DNA of 64,000 nucleotides from Candidatus Woesearchaeota archaeon (GTDB taxonomy: Archaea > Nanobdellota > Nanobdellia > Woesearchaeales > GW2011-AR9). Location of the stretch: positions 192,001 to 256,000 of the forward strand of contig JABHQW010000003.1 of NCBI GenBank assembly GCA_018696595.1. The letters are read 5' to 3'. The notes under the pieces were generated by a model. The model was not told the origin of the DNA and ran no database searches. It saw only the letters and a list, made by a program, of their open reading frames with translations. Shown piece by piece: positions 30,269-39,654 of the stretch (positions within the stretch are counted from its first letter, which is position 1; each line of letters starts with the position of its first letter). Position numbers and translations under genes: made by a program.

Positions 30269-32895
30269 TCTCCGTAAGGTGTTTCTAACTCACCTGAAAC
30301 AGTTTGTCCTTGATCTGGAAGTTTGTCGTAAACAATCACAGATTTTTTAGTAACTTCACTATCTTGATAATTTACTGAGACAGTATAAGGATTATCTACT
30401 TCCATACCACCTTCAACCTTTTGTGATTTGATTACTAGAACTTTATCATCTTCACCGTAAAGAACGGTGTAAGCAGTAATCTCTTCAGTGAAATCTTCAA
30501 GTGCAGTGATTAATGTAGCATAGATTCCGTTGTTTGGTTCCACTTCTGTCAAAGTTATTTTTTCTGTTGTTTCTGGAGCTATTGGTTTAGGAAGACAAGC
30601 ACCTTCTTCACAGCCAAATTCGCATTTGTAAAACAAATAAGGTGTAATACTTTCAGCTAAACAGTTCCTTTCTAAAATATAATCCATTTCAGTATCAAAA
30701 GGTTCATCATCAGGATTTAATGGAACATTTCCTCCTTCCCCAGGCGGTAATGCTAAATCAGAACCTACAACACACCCATCATAATCTGTTTTGAATTCTT
30801 CATCATCCCACCATTTAATAGTTCCTTTGGTAAACGGATCACTATCTGGGTCAGTATCTGTACAAATTTTAACACATTCTGCTTCTTCACAAGCTTCTCC
30901 TTCTGCACAATCGGTATTTAACTGACATCCTAGATCTTCAACACAAGCACCGTCTGTATTACAAACATTTCCACCTTCACAAGTACCACAACTTCCACCG
31001 CAACCATCTGAACCGCAAACTTTTCCGCCACATTGTGGTTGACATTCATCACAAACTGGTAAACTTACATCAACACAATCAGCAGATGTATATTGTGAAC
31101 AAAAATCTAACCCAATTAAAGTGCTTAATTGATTGTTTTGATCAATATTAAAACGAACACAACAAGGAAGAACTTCTTCTACGATTAGATTGTCTTGAAG
31201 TTTAAGTGTTTCCAATTTAGTCATACAAGACAGAGCACTAATATCAGTAATATCGTTATCATAAAGATAAAGATTTTTCAAATTGGTCAAACTAGACAAG
31301 GGAGCAATATTAACAATCTCGTTATTATAAATATAAAGATATTCCAAAGCAGTTAGACTAGACAAAGCACTAATATCCACTATCTCGTTATTACTAAGCC
31401 AAAGAGTTCCCAAAGCAGTTAAACTAGACAAAGGATTAATATCAACAATCTCGTTACCACTAAGACTCAGATATGTCAAACCAATTAAACTAGACAATTT
31501 ATCTAAATCCTTGCTAACAAGTCCATTGCCAAAACTTAAAGATTTTAAAGAAGAGAAATATGAATAATCAGACAAAATAGTTAAGTCATCACCATCAAGT
31601 TCATTGCCATTAAGATACAATTTATTTAATTGATTTAAATTAGATAAGGAAGTGATATCAGAAATGTCGTTATTAACAAGATTAAGATATGTCAAACCAA
31701 TTAAATTAGACAAAGGAGCAATATTAATAATATCGTTGTGACCCAGACTAAGAAATGTCAGAAGAGTTAAATCAGACAAATCACTGATATCAACAATTTT
31801 GAAGTTACCATAAAGATTAAGAGATTTCAAACCAGTTAAACTAGATAAGGGAGCAATATTAATAATATCGTTATATTTCAGTATAAGATCTTTCAAATTG
31901 GTCAAACCAGACAAGGGAGCAATATCAACAATGCTGTTATCACCAATATTAAGATCGTTCAAACTAATTAGATTGGATAGGGGAATAATATTAACAATAT
32001 TTTTGTTACCATAAAGATTAAGAGATTTCAAACCAGTTAAACTAGATAAGAGAGCAATATCAACAATTGAATTATACTTAAGTTCAAGTGTTTCTAAACT
32101 AGTCAGATGTTCAATCCCGCCCAATTCAACAATCCCTAAATTATTTGCATTCAACCCAGTCAATTCTACAACATCAGCAGGATAAATATCTCCTTCTGGT
32201 TTTTCAATAGCGCCTCTAACAGCTGCTTCTAATTGAGGATCATCAAAAGTAATTGCTTCCCCCTGTGCTTCACCTTCAACAACAATAAAAACATCTTCAC
32301 CTTCAACAATTAAATCTGCTGCTTCCGGATCATTGAAATCATAAATATTAAATATATCAAAAATCAAAGGATAATTTCCTGCAAGAGGATCTGCAGCAAA
32401 AGTAATAGTAGCAATATCAAAAGTTCCACTTTTTACATTATTGAAATTTAGAGTGGAATAATTAAAATGGATTTTATGATCAACAAGATCACAAGTGATA
32501 TATTCAAGTTCTGGACCCCAATCGGCTAAAAGATGATTTTCAATTGCTGCTGGACAGTCATCTTTTAAAATTAAATTGCCATAATCTAATGTAAAAGCCA
32601 AAGCTAGAGTTTCTTTATCGGCTTCTAACTGAGTACTAACAACCACTATAATATCTTCTCCTGACTCCGCTATATTCTCTGTTAAGAAAATTCCCGCTTT
32701 TCCTAATTCTGGAACATCGGCTGTTATAGCTTCTCCAACAACGGGCTGTTTCATAAACAAGAATAATGATAATGCTACAAGTGCAATAATTGTAACTATT
32801 GCAATGATTAAAGTTTTGTTAACTTCTCCTTGATTTGCTCCAGAATGGGCTTCCCAACTATGTGGAGGTAAAGGTTTGTATCTTTTCCGTACCAT
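30265..32895 (-). CDS. Membrane-anchored cohesin-like plus internalin-type LRR surface protein
   Basis: N-terminal TM; cohesin-like beta-sandwich; ITFDDPQLEAAVR LRR cap; about 14 x 22-aa LxxLxLxxNxIxDI repeats; Cys-rich modules. Confidence 0.85.
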   Translation of the reverse strand: MVRKRYKPLPPHSWEAHSGANQGEVNKTLIIAIVTIIALVALSLFLFMKQPVVGEAITADVPELGKAGIFLTENIAESGEDIIVVVSTQLEADKETLALAFTLDYGNLILKDDCPAAIENHLLADWGPELEYITCDLVDHKIHFNYSTLNFNNVKSGTFDIATITFAADPLAGNYPLIFDIFNIYDFNDPEAADLIVEGEDVFIVVEGEAQGEAITFDDPQLEAAVRGAIEKPEGDIYPADVVELTGLNANNLGIVELGGIEHLTSLETLELKYNSIVDIALLSSLTGLKSLNLYGNKNIVNIIPLSNLISLNDLNIGDNSIVDIAPLSGLTNLKDLILKYNDIINIAPLSSLTGLKSLNLYGNFKIVDISDLSDLTLLTFLSLGHNDIINIAPLSNLIGLTYLNLVNNDISDITSLSNLNQLNKLYLNGNELDGDDLTILSDYSYFSSLKSLSFGNGLVSKDLDKLSSLIGLTYLSLSGNEIVDINPLSSLTALGTLWLSNNEIVDISALSSLTALEYLYIYNNEIVNIAPLSSLTNLKNLYLYDNDITDISALSCMTKLETLKLQDNLIVEEVLPCCVRFNIDQNNQLSTLIGLDFCSQYTSADCVDVSLPVCDECQPQCGGKVCGSDGCGGSCGTCEGGNVCNTDGACVEDLGCQLNTDCAEGEACEEAECVKICTDTDPDSDPFTKGTIKWWDDEEFKTDYDGCVVGSDLALPPGEGGNVPLNPDDEPFDTEMDYILERNCLAESITPYLFYKCEFGCEEGACLPKPIAPETTEKITLTEVEPNNGIYATLITALEDFTEEITAYTVLYGEDDKVLVIKSQKVEGGMEVDNPYTVSVNYQDSEVTKKSVIVYDKLPDQGQTVSGELETPYGE

Positions 32896-35114
32896 TATTC
32901 ATCATCCTCCATCAATGCAAACGCAATCAGTGAAATCTTTTGTAAGTTATTTTTATCTTCATCTAAAATCCCTACCACTTCGTTTATTAAGTCTACTTTA
33001 GTGGGGTCAGTAATTTCATAATCCTCATCCTCACCATTGGGATCACTTGCAAAGAAATCTTTCAATCTTATTGCTATCTGTACTAATGGATCTCCAGTAT
33101 CAATTGCAGTTACTAAATCAGTTTGTGATAATAAAATATTTATTTCAGTTCCAGCTCCAGGAAGACAAGCACCATTAGCACAACCATTAGGACAATCATA
33201 AAGCAAAGATTCAGGATTAACTCCCGTACAAAATTGTTCATTTAATTTACAAGTTTCATCAAAACAAGTAGGAACATTTTTGAGAGCTCCATTTACCATC
33301 ATCTGACAAGCGTCATGATTATCAGGAGACTCGGAAATTAACCCATTCAAGAAATAATTTTTCCCATCTGGATATACATTGGTCACGTCAGTATCTGTAC
33401 AGGTTGCAACAACTTCACAAGCACCAGCATTACAACTTTCTCCATTTCCACATTCCCCACAAGTTCCACCACAACCGTCATCACCGCAAACTTTATCTCC
33501 ACAAACTGGAACACATCCGTCTCCAGGACAAGTTCCCCAAACAGGTTTATTCTCATTTGCTAAAGGACTATCTACTGCAAAGTTCCAAGGTTCTTGAGCA
33601 ATACTTGTAACACACCAACTACTAAGATCTTGATTAAAAGAAACAGCATTTTTAAACATCACTCCCATACTAGTTACAATCGAAACATCCCAATCACTAA
33701 TGTCTTCATTGAAAGAGATAGCATTCTGAAACATATTCACCATATTTGTTACACTTGATACTTCCCAAGAACCAATATCTTGGTCAAAAGAAGAAGCACT
33801 ATTAAACATACCTGGCATAGAAGTTACACTAGAAACATCCCAATCACCAATATATTGGTTAAAAGAAGAAGCACCATTAAACATAGATTGCATATTAGTT
33901 ACAATCGAAACATCCCAATCATTAATACCTTGATCAAAAGAAGAAGCACTATAAAACATAGCTGACATAGAAGTTACACTAGAAACATCCCAATCACCAA
34001 TATATTGGTTAAAAGAAGAAGCACCATTAAACATAGATTGCATATTAGTTACACCATTACTAGCTTCATCAAACCAATCATCTGCTTTAAATTGAGTAAT
34101 TTGAGTTGCTTCCCGGAACATATTCCTAGCAGAATTAATTCCAGTTACCCCTGGACTTAATGAGGATAAAATATTAACTAATAATTCTGGTGTCCCAATA
34201 ATTTGCCCATTCGCAGATTCTCCAAAGGCAATTCTACTAGCTTCTCCACAAACATAGACGTCATGAGTTCCAATATCAGCAAAAGGATAACTTCTCAAAT
34301 CAGTTCCTTGATAAGTTTCAATAACTCCATCTTCCCATTTTACATTCAGATTAACAGCACCATCTGTTTGAAATTTAAATTCTTGACCTACTTCAATTGT
34401 TTCTATTTGAAAAGTAAATGGTTGAGCACACATTACTACGCCTCCAACTTCTTCTACACAAGCATCCTCAGCTTCATTCGGTATATAACCAGCATCACAA
34501 CTTAAAACACAATCAGCATCATATTCACCATTAGCAGGATCAGCAGGACAAACATCTCCAGCAAATTCAATAGTAATTATTTTTGCTGGAGTTGAGCCAA
34601 GTACTGATTCAGGATACAACCCCGGAAATGGAACTGGTTTAAACACAGATTCAATTAAATCTGATCCAGGATCTATTGACAAAGTTACTTGCTCTGACCC
34701 TTCAGCAACCGTTCCTGTTGCTTTAAACTGATACAATAATTTACTTCCACTAATAACTTTGTTTGCTCCCTGTGTAATTGCCTCAATATCCCATCGACAA
34801 AAGTTATCGCCAACAATACATTCATTATTTTTTCCAGTCGCGGCAGTAAACTCACTTGTAGAAAAAATGGTTCCTTGGCTTACCGCATCAATGAAACCAA
34901 TAAAATCCCCATCTGAAATTAAATAGAGATTTGCGTTTGTTAAAGTTATATCATCCTGCCCAGAGTCCAAGTAAACAGAAACAATAATATCTTCTCCACT
35001 GGAATACTTCTCCTTATCAGTTGTTATACTAACATCTAGTAATGCTGAAACAAAAGTTGCACATAAAAGTACTGAAACCAAAAAGATAATAATTTTAAAA
35101 ATTGTTTTTCCCAT
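32895..35114 (-). CDS. Secreted cohesin-like plus DUF285 (BspA-like) repeat protein
   Basis: Signal peptide; cohesin-like N-domain; 25-aa repeats V(T/S)xMxxMFxxAxSFNQxIxxWDVS; Cys-rich modules. Confidence 0.85.
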   Translation of the reverse strand: MGKTIFKIIIFLVSVLLCATFVSALLDVSITTDKEKYSSGEDIIVSVYLDSGQDDITLTNANLYLISDGDFIGFIDAVSQGTIFSTSEFTAATGKNNECIVGDNFCRWDIEAITQGANKVISGSKLLYQFKATGTVAEGSEQVTLSIDPGSDLIESVFKPVPFPGLYPESVLGSTPAKIITIEFAGDVCPADPANGEYDADCVLSCDAGYIPNEAEDACVEEVGGVVMCAQPFTFQIETIEVGQEFKFQTDGAVNLNVKWEDGVIETYQGTDLRSYPFADIGTHDVYVCGEASRIAFGESANGQIIGTPELLVNILSSLSPGVTGINSARNMFREATQITQFKADDWFDEASNGVTNMQSMFNGASSFNQYIGDWDVSSVTSMSAMFYSASSFDQGINDWDVSIVTNMQSMFNGASSFNQYIGDWDVSSVTSMPGMFNSASSFDQDIGSWEVSSVTNMVNMFQNAISFNEDISDWDVSIVTSMGVMFKNAVSFNQDLSSWCVTSIAQEPWNFAVDSPLANENKPVWGTCPGDGCVPVCGDKVCGDDGCGGTCGECGNGESCNAGACEVVATCTDTDVTNVYPDGKNYFLNGLISESPDNHDACQMMVNGALKNVPTCFDETCKLNEQFCTGVNPESLLYDCPNGCANGACLPGAGTEINILLSQTDLVTAIDTGDPLVQIAIRLKDFFASDPNGEDEDYEITDPTKVDLINEVVGILDEDKNNLQKISLIAFALMEDDE
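33816..34053. repeat. 150-bp-period tandem duplication inside the DUF285 array
   Basis: 33816-33903 is identical to 33966-34053 (88 bp). Confidence 0.9.
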
Positions 35115-35117
35115 TTT

Positions 35118-36545
35118 CTATTCCTCAGGACATTTTATTTCATAAGGATCAGGATTCTCACAAAGCACCTTAGTAATCCCATCAGTTTCAAATACGGTAG
35201 TTCCGTCAACAATGTAATTTGTAGATTCGACCAATGAATCAGGGGAATTCTTGTAAACAATCGCGGGGTCTTGATCATAATCACTATACCAAGTTCCATC
35301 ATCACAAACAAAAATAGAAGTACCTTGCCAGAAACCAATCTTAGGGGCTTGTCCTTGTCCTCCAAGGTTACAATCATCTATTACTTTTTTATACACAGGT
35401 AATATTGCGATATCATAATCCTGCATTAATTGTGGGTCTGCAACAATTGGTTGATTGTTATCATCCATGTCTAATTCCCAATAAATATTTCCTGGATAAC
35501 TAGCAGCAACTTCACCACCAATACCAATATCACAACCAGCAAGTAAAACTTGTCCATTGGTATCAGTCTTTGCGTTTGCTAGTCCATCACAATCGTGGTC
35601 AATAAAATCACACTTCTCTTGATCATCATAATCATAAGCAGCAGGAGTTAGTTCATAAGCATTAGTCCAGGTTCCACTTTCACACACTTGTTTAACCCCA
35701 TAACAAACTCCTAATTGTTTATCTGCATTAGGAATTGTCTCGCCATCTTCTAATGTTGCATCATCTTCATTCCAATCATCTAATTCACATTTACTATCTT
35801 TACCATCACATAATTCCACTGTATTTCCGGGATAACAAGTAGGACAATCATCATCACAATCATCTTCAGTATCGCTCCCTAAACATCCTCGAATATCTCC
35901 AGTCCCATAATTATCTCCATCTAAATCAACACATTTTGGAACTGGTGTAACTGTTACAGAAACACTAGATGGCCCGTATGCATTTTCATCCACATCATAC
36001 AGATACACATCAGAAAAAGAAATAACTTTGTCCTCATCAAGATTCCCGCTAGATAACCTGAAAGTGTACTCTCCGATACTGTTTTCGTTAATTATTTTGT
36101 TTTTAGGATCCCAAAAGGTATGTTTATTATTTTCCGGTTCTTCAAGCATACTGGTCAAAACTGATGTTGGTTTACGGCTAATAAAATCAATTCCTGCAGG
36201 AAGAATAAGCTTAAACTCAACATTTCCAACTTCTATATCATTAGTATCAACAGTTAGAATTACTTTGAAAAGATCCCCATCATTATTATCTAATAAATTC
36301 CCCGGTACTGCAGTAACCGTTTCATGATCTAACTTAACTCCTTGACCACCATCACTAGTAACGTATTCAGGAGTTCCTTCATAATGAGTAGCTTTTCCTG
36401 CTCCCACTCCATCACCAATTAAAACAAATGTTAAAAGCCCTCCAACCACTACAAGCAAAATAACCCCCAGAAAGATATAACCCATTTGTTTTTGAGTTAA
36501 CTTGTGATCACCGCTATTTAAATTATTATTTTTTGACTGATTCAT
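35118..36545 (-). CDS. Membrane-anchored cohesin-like protein with MopE-type (putative metal-binding) Cys/Asp repeats
   Basis: ATG 36545 after SD GGAGG; TM helix; beta-sandwich; CVDLDGDNYG...DCDDDCP..YPG..ELCDGKD-x-x-C and EKCDFIDHDCDG. Confidence 0.78.
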   Translation of the reverse strand: MNQSKNNNLNSGDHKLTQKQMGYIFLGVILLVVVGGLLTFVLIGDGVGAGKATHYEGTPEYVTSDGGQGVKLDHETVTAVPGNLLDNNDGDLFKVILTVDTNDIEVGNVEFKLILPAGIDFISRKPTSVLTSMLEEPENNKHTFWDPKNKIINENSIGEYTFRLSSGNLDEDKVISFSDVYLYDVDENAYGPSSVSVTVTPVPKCVDLDGDNYGTGDIRGCLGSDTEDDCDDDCPTCYPGNTVELCDGKDSKCELDDWNEDDATLEDGETIPNADKQLGVCYGVKQVCESGTWTNAYELTPAAYDYDDQEKCDFIDHDCDGLANAKTDTNGQVLLAGCDIGIGGEVAASYPGNIYWELDMDDNNQPIVADPQLMQDYDIAILPVYKKVIDDCNLGGQGQAPKIGFWQGTSIFVCDDGTWYSDYDQDPAIVYKNSPDSLVESTNYIVDGTTVFETDGITKVLCENPDPYEIKCPEE

Positions 36546-36558
36546 TTTATTATTCCTC

Positions 36559-37833
36559 CTAATCTCTTTTTCCGTAAGCACTAATAAAGCCCACAACATC
36601 ATTATTATTTAGTATTCCAATAGGTTCTCTTATATCGCTAGACAATTGTCCATTAGCTATATCGTAAGTATCACGAGTAGAGTAATGATTAATTAAGCGA
36701 ACAACATCACCATTGTTAATTATTCCATCAAAATTAAAGTCACCTTCAAAGCAACCAATAAAAGGACCATCTTTGATCAACAATTCTACTTCAGTGTAAT
36801 GAGAAACATAAGCAGCTAAAGAAGCATCTGAGTGAATGCATTTATTATACTCATTTTTGTCGAAGATTCCATCTAAATCTAAATCCACATTACACTTATT
36901 ATCTTTAGCATAAAAGTATTCACACGCATCATCATCATTGTCAATATTATCCCCATCAATATCTTCATCACAAAGATCTCCTTTACTATCTTCATCTAAA
37001 TTTGCTTGATTGGGATTAACAACTAATGGGCAATTATCTTCTTCATCAATAACCCCATCATTATCATCATCACCATCCAAGTCATCAGTTTCACCATCAC
37101 CATCAGAGTCAGGGAAACAATCAAGCGGACAATTTTTTATTGTTTCTTGGTTATCAGCATCACAAATACCATTACCACAACGGTCTTTTATACTAATGTG
37201 TAAGTTGGTGGGTATAATACCGTGTTTTAAACTAGATGGCACACCCCCCGAAAATTGAGTCAAATAAATACGAGAAATACTATCAGAAAGATCTGCCACA
37301 ATTATGTCCGTTTCTATAGTTTCTCCAAGAGGCACATCTAAAATATGAATATCAAAACCCCCAATAACGTTATTTAACCCATCATTCATTTGAGAGACAT
37401 AAATATTATTTTGGCTAACAGAGCCAAGCACTTCCCCAGCAAGATAATTTCCGTTACTAATAAATTGATTATTGTCACCAAAATATACATTATTATTATC
37501 TATATTAATCCATGCAACCTTTTTTTCAGGTTCAATTGTATCAAGAGGATTTAAATTAGGAAGAAAAGACAAATAATTAGATTCTGAATTGATTACAACA
37601 TCAAAACCAGTAATGAACGGAGAATTGGTCTCACCATCGACTGGATAAACACTAACAAAAATGGATAAATCCTCACCTTCAAAAATATCTACTGAATTTT
37701 CTCCTACACTATTAGCAATTTTAACTGAAACTGAATCTCCTGTTTCTGTATCTGATAAATCAGCGTAAACAAAAAGGGAAAAAACTAGAAGAAAGCACAA
37801 AATTAACATAAACAATCCTTTTTTTGTTTTCAT
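36559..37833 (-). CDS. Secreted protein with TSP3 Ca-binding repeats and C-terminal dockerin-like domain
   Basis: Signal peptide; DSDGDG...DNCPLVVNPNQANLDEDSKGDLCD; GDFNFDGIINNGDVVRLINHY and D....GILNNNDVVGFISAY. Confidence 0.82.
   Translation of the reverse strand: MKTKKGLFMLILCFLLVFSLFVYADLSDTETGDSVSVKIANSVGENSVDIFEGEDLSIFVSVYPVDGETNSPFITGFDVVINSESNYLSFLPNLNPLDTIEPEKKVAWINIDNNNVYFGDNNQFISNGNYLAGEVLGSVSQNNIYVSQMNDGLNNVIGGFDIHILDVPLGETIETDIIVADLSDSISRIYLTQFSGGVPSSLKHGIIPTNLHISIKDRCGNGICDADNQETIKNCPLDCFPDSDGDGETDDLDGDDDNDGVIDEEDNCPLVVNPNQANLDEDSKGDLCDEDIDGDNIDNDDDACEYFYAKDNKCNVDLDLDGIFDKNEYNKCIHSDASLAAYVSHYTEVELLIKDGPFIGCFEGDFNFDGIINNGDVVRLINHYSTRDTYDIANGQLSSDIREPIGILNNNDVVGFISAYGKRD
36695..36772. 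repeat. Duplicated dockerin cassette, copy A (78-bp exact core)
   Basis: Identical to 38084-38161; similarity extends over about 250 bp. Confidence 0.9.
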
Positions 37834-37935
37834 TACTAACTATCCTCTTTTTTAATTTGTATATTAAGTAATATTTTATCTTTTATATAACTTTTGCCGA
37901 TACTAATTCTCTTGAACATATCACTTTTAATCAAT

Positions 37936-39654
37936 TTAATCACCCGCTATATCCCTTAACCCATAGGCACTAATAAATCCAACAATATCACCGTTGTTTA
38001 ATACACCTATCGGTTCCCTTATATCGCTAGACAATTGTCCATTATTTATATCGTAAGTATCACGATTAGAATAATGATTAATCAAGCGAACAACATCACC
38101 ATTGTTAATTATTCCATCAAAATTAAAGTCACCTTCAAAGCAACCAATAAAAGGACCATCTGTAATTAACAAACCGACTTCAATGTAATGAAAAACGTAA
38201 GTAGATAAAGATTCATCTGAGTGAATACATTCAAAATATTCTAAACTATCTACAATACCATCCCCATCTGAATCGCCTTCACTTCCTGCTCCAGGAAAAT
38301 CATCAGGATCATTTGGATTAGAACCTGCAGCGATTTCTTCGACATCTGTAACACCATCCCCGTCTGAATCAATAATTAAAACACATTGATCTAAACAAGG
38401 TTGAAGTAAATCACCACATTCTGGACAACCAGAATATTTCTTACAACCACCCAAACAATTTTCAACTTCAAGTTCACAACTAGATTGACATTCTGAATCT
38501 ACAACATAACAATCACCATTAGAACAAACATCATCTTGATCACAAACACCACAATCTCCACCACAACCATCTAGACCACAAGTTTTACCCTCGCATTGGG
38601 GTTCGCAAATATCTCCAGAAACACATTTATAATTTTGACAAGTCAGTTCATCTTTACAATAATTATCTAACAAACAGAATTCTCCAACATCAGAAAGAGG
38701 TCCATTACAAAGATTATCTTCACCACAAGTTCCAGAAACACATTGTTTATCACCCATACAAAAGGAACCTTCTTTACCCGCAGAACATATCTTATTAGAA
38801 ATATGACAATTACCAGAGATACAATCTTCCTTTTGGTTACAAGCTCCTCCCAATTTTAAAGAACCAACACATTCATTGTCCGCCCCACAAACCCCAGAAC
38901 CACAATCATCATCTTCTAAACAACAAGTTCCACCATCGGGACCAACTTTACCCAAACAATCAGAATCAGTACAATCGGTACCAGGAACATCCAGCCCTTC
39001 GCTTCCTGCTTTACCAAACAAATTATTACGTGGTTTTGCCCCAATATTTTTTTGAACATCGCCACTACCAAAATTTAAATCTCCTCTTTTCATAACCGCT
39101 TTATTAACAAAATCTTTATTCTTAAGCCCATTACTTGTTGGAAGAATTGCCCTACCAGAAATATCTCCAGAATAACTTTCCTCAGAAGTTAAAACCAATA
39201 ATTCTCCAGGATCTAAATAAAAAGCCCAACAATCAATTACCAAACAAGGACCCAAAGGACTAACTTGATCAGTTTCAATTAATTTTTCAAAGAAACCAAG
39301 ATTCTCTTCGTCAACTTTAACACTAGTATCTGGATTTTGTTTACTTAATTCTTCAGCAGCACTATACATTTGGGAGTGGGTAGGAAATTCTTTAGATTTG
39401 AAAGAATCATCACCATCATTATCAATTCCATCAGCACATCTGGTTTCTATCTTGGCTTTTGTATCAATTTTAGAACTCATCAATCCTGAAACAGATACTT
39501 TTACAACTAAAGGTTGTTCTGGTAATGGTTCTATTAAGAAAATCTTATCTCCTAATGGAACATTAAAAAAGCTGTCGTCGGAAATAACCAAGGTTGGTAA
39601 AAGAAATAGTAAAACAAATAAAAGTACAATTCCCCTCTTATTTAACTTATACAT
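37936..39654 (-). CDS. Secreted Cys-rich protein with C-terminal dockerin-like domain
   Basis: Signal peptide; many C-x(5)-C-x-SG-x-C modules; DSDGDGVTDVEE...GSNP; C-terminus nearly identical to the dockerin of 36559-37833. Confidence 0.82.
   Translation of the reverse strand: MYKLNKRGIVLLFVLLFLLPTLVISDDSFFNVPLGDKIFLIEPLPEQPLVVKVSVSGLMSSKIDTKAKIETRCADGIDNDGDDSFKSKEFPTHSQMYSAAEELSKQNPDTSVKVDEENLGFFEKLIETDQVSPLGPCLVIDCWAFYLDPGELLVLTSEESYSGDISGRAILPTSNGLKNKDFVNKAVMKRGDLNFGSGDVQKNIGAKPRNNLFGKAGSEGLDVPGTDCTDSDCLGKVGPDGGTCCLEDDDCGSGVCGADNECVGSLKLGGACNQKEDCISGNCHISNKICSAGKEGSFCMGDKQCVSGTCGEDNLCNGPLSDVGEFCLLDNYCKDELTCQNYKCVSGDICEPQCEGKTCGLDGCGGDCGVCDQDDVCSNGDCYVVDSECQSSCELEVENCLGGCKKYSGCPECGDLLQPCLDQCVLIIDSDGDGVTDVEEIAAGSNPNDPDDFPGAGSEGDSDGDGIVDSLEYFECIHSDESLSTYVFHYIEVGLLITDGPFIGCFEGDFNFDGIINNGDVVRLINHYSNRDTYDINNGQLSSDIREPIGVLNNGDIVGFISAYGLRDIAGD
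38084..38161. repeat. Duplicated dockerin cassette, copy B
   Basis: Identical to 36695-36772. Confidence 0.9.

Noticed and set aside
36590-38232. Diversity-generating retroelement (template/variable repeat pair)
   Set aside because: Mismatches between the copies involve all bases rather than adenines only, both copies are inside ORFs, and no reverse transcriptase is present
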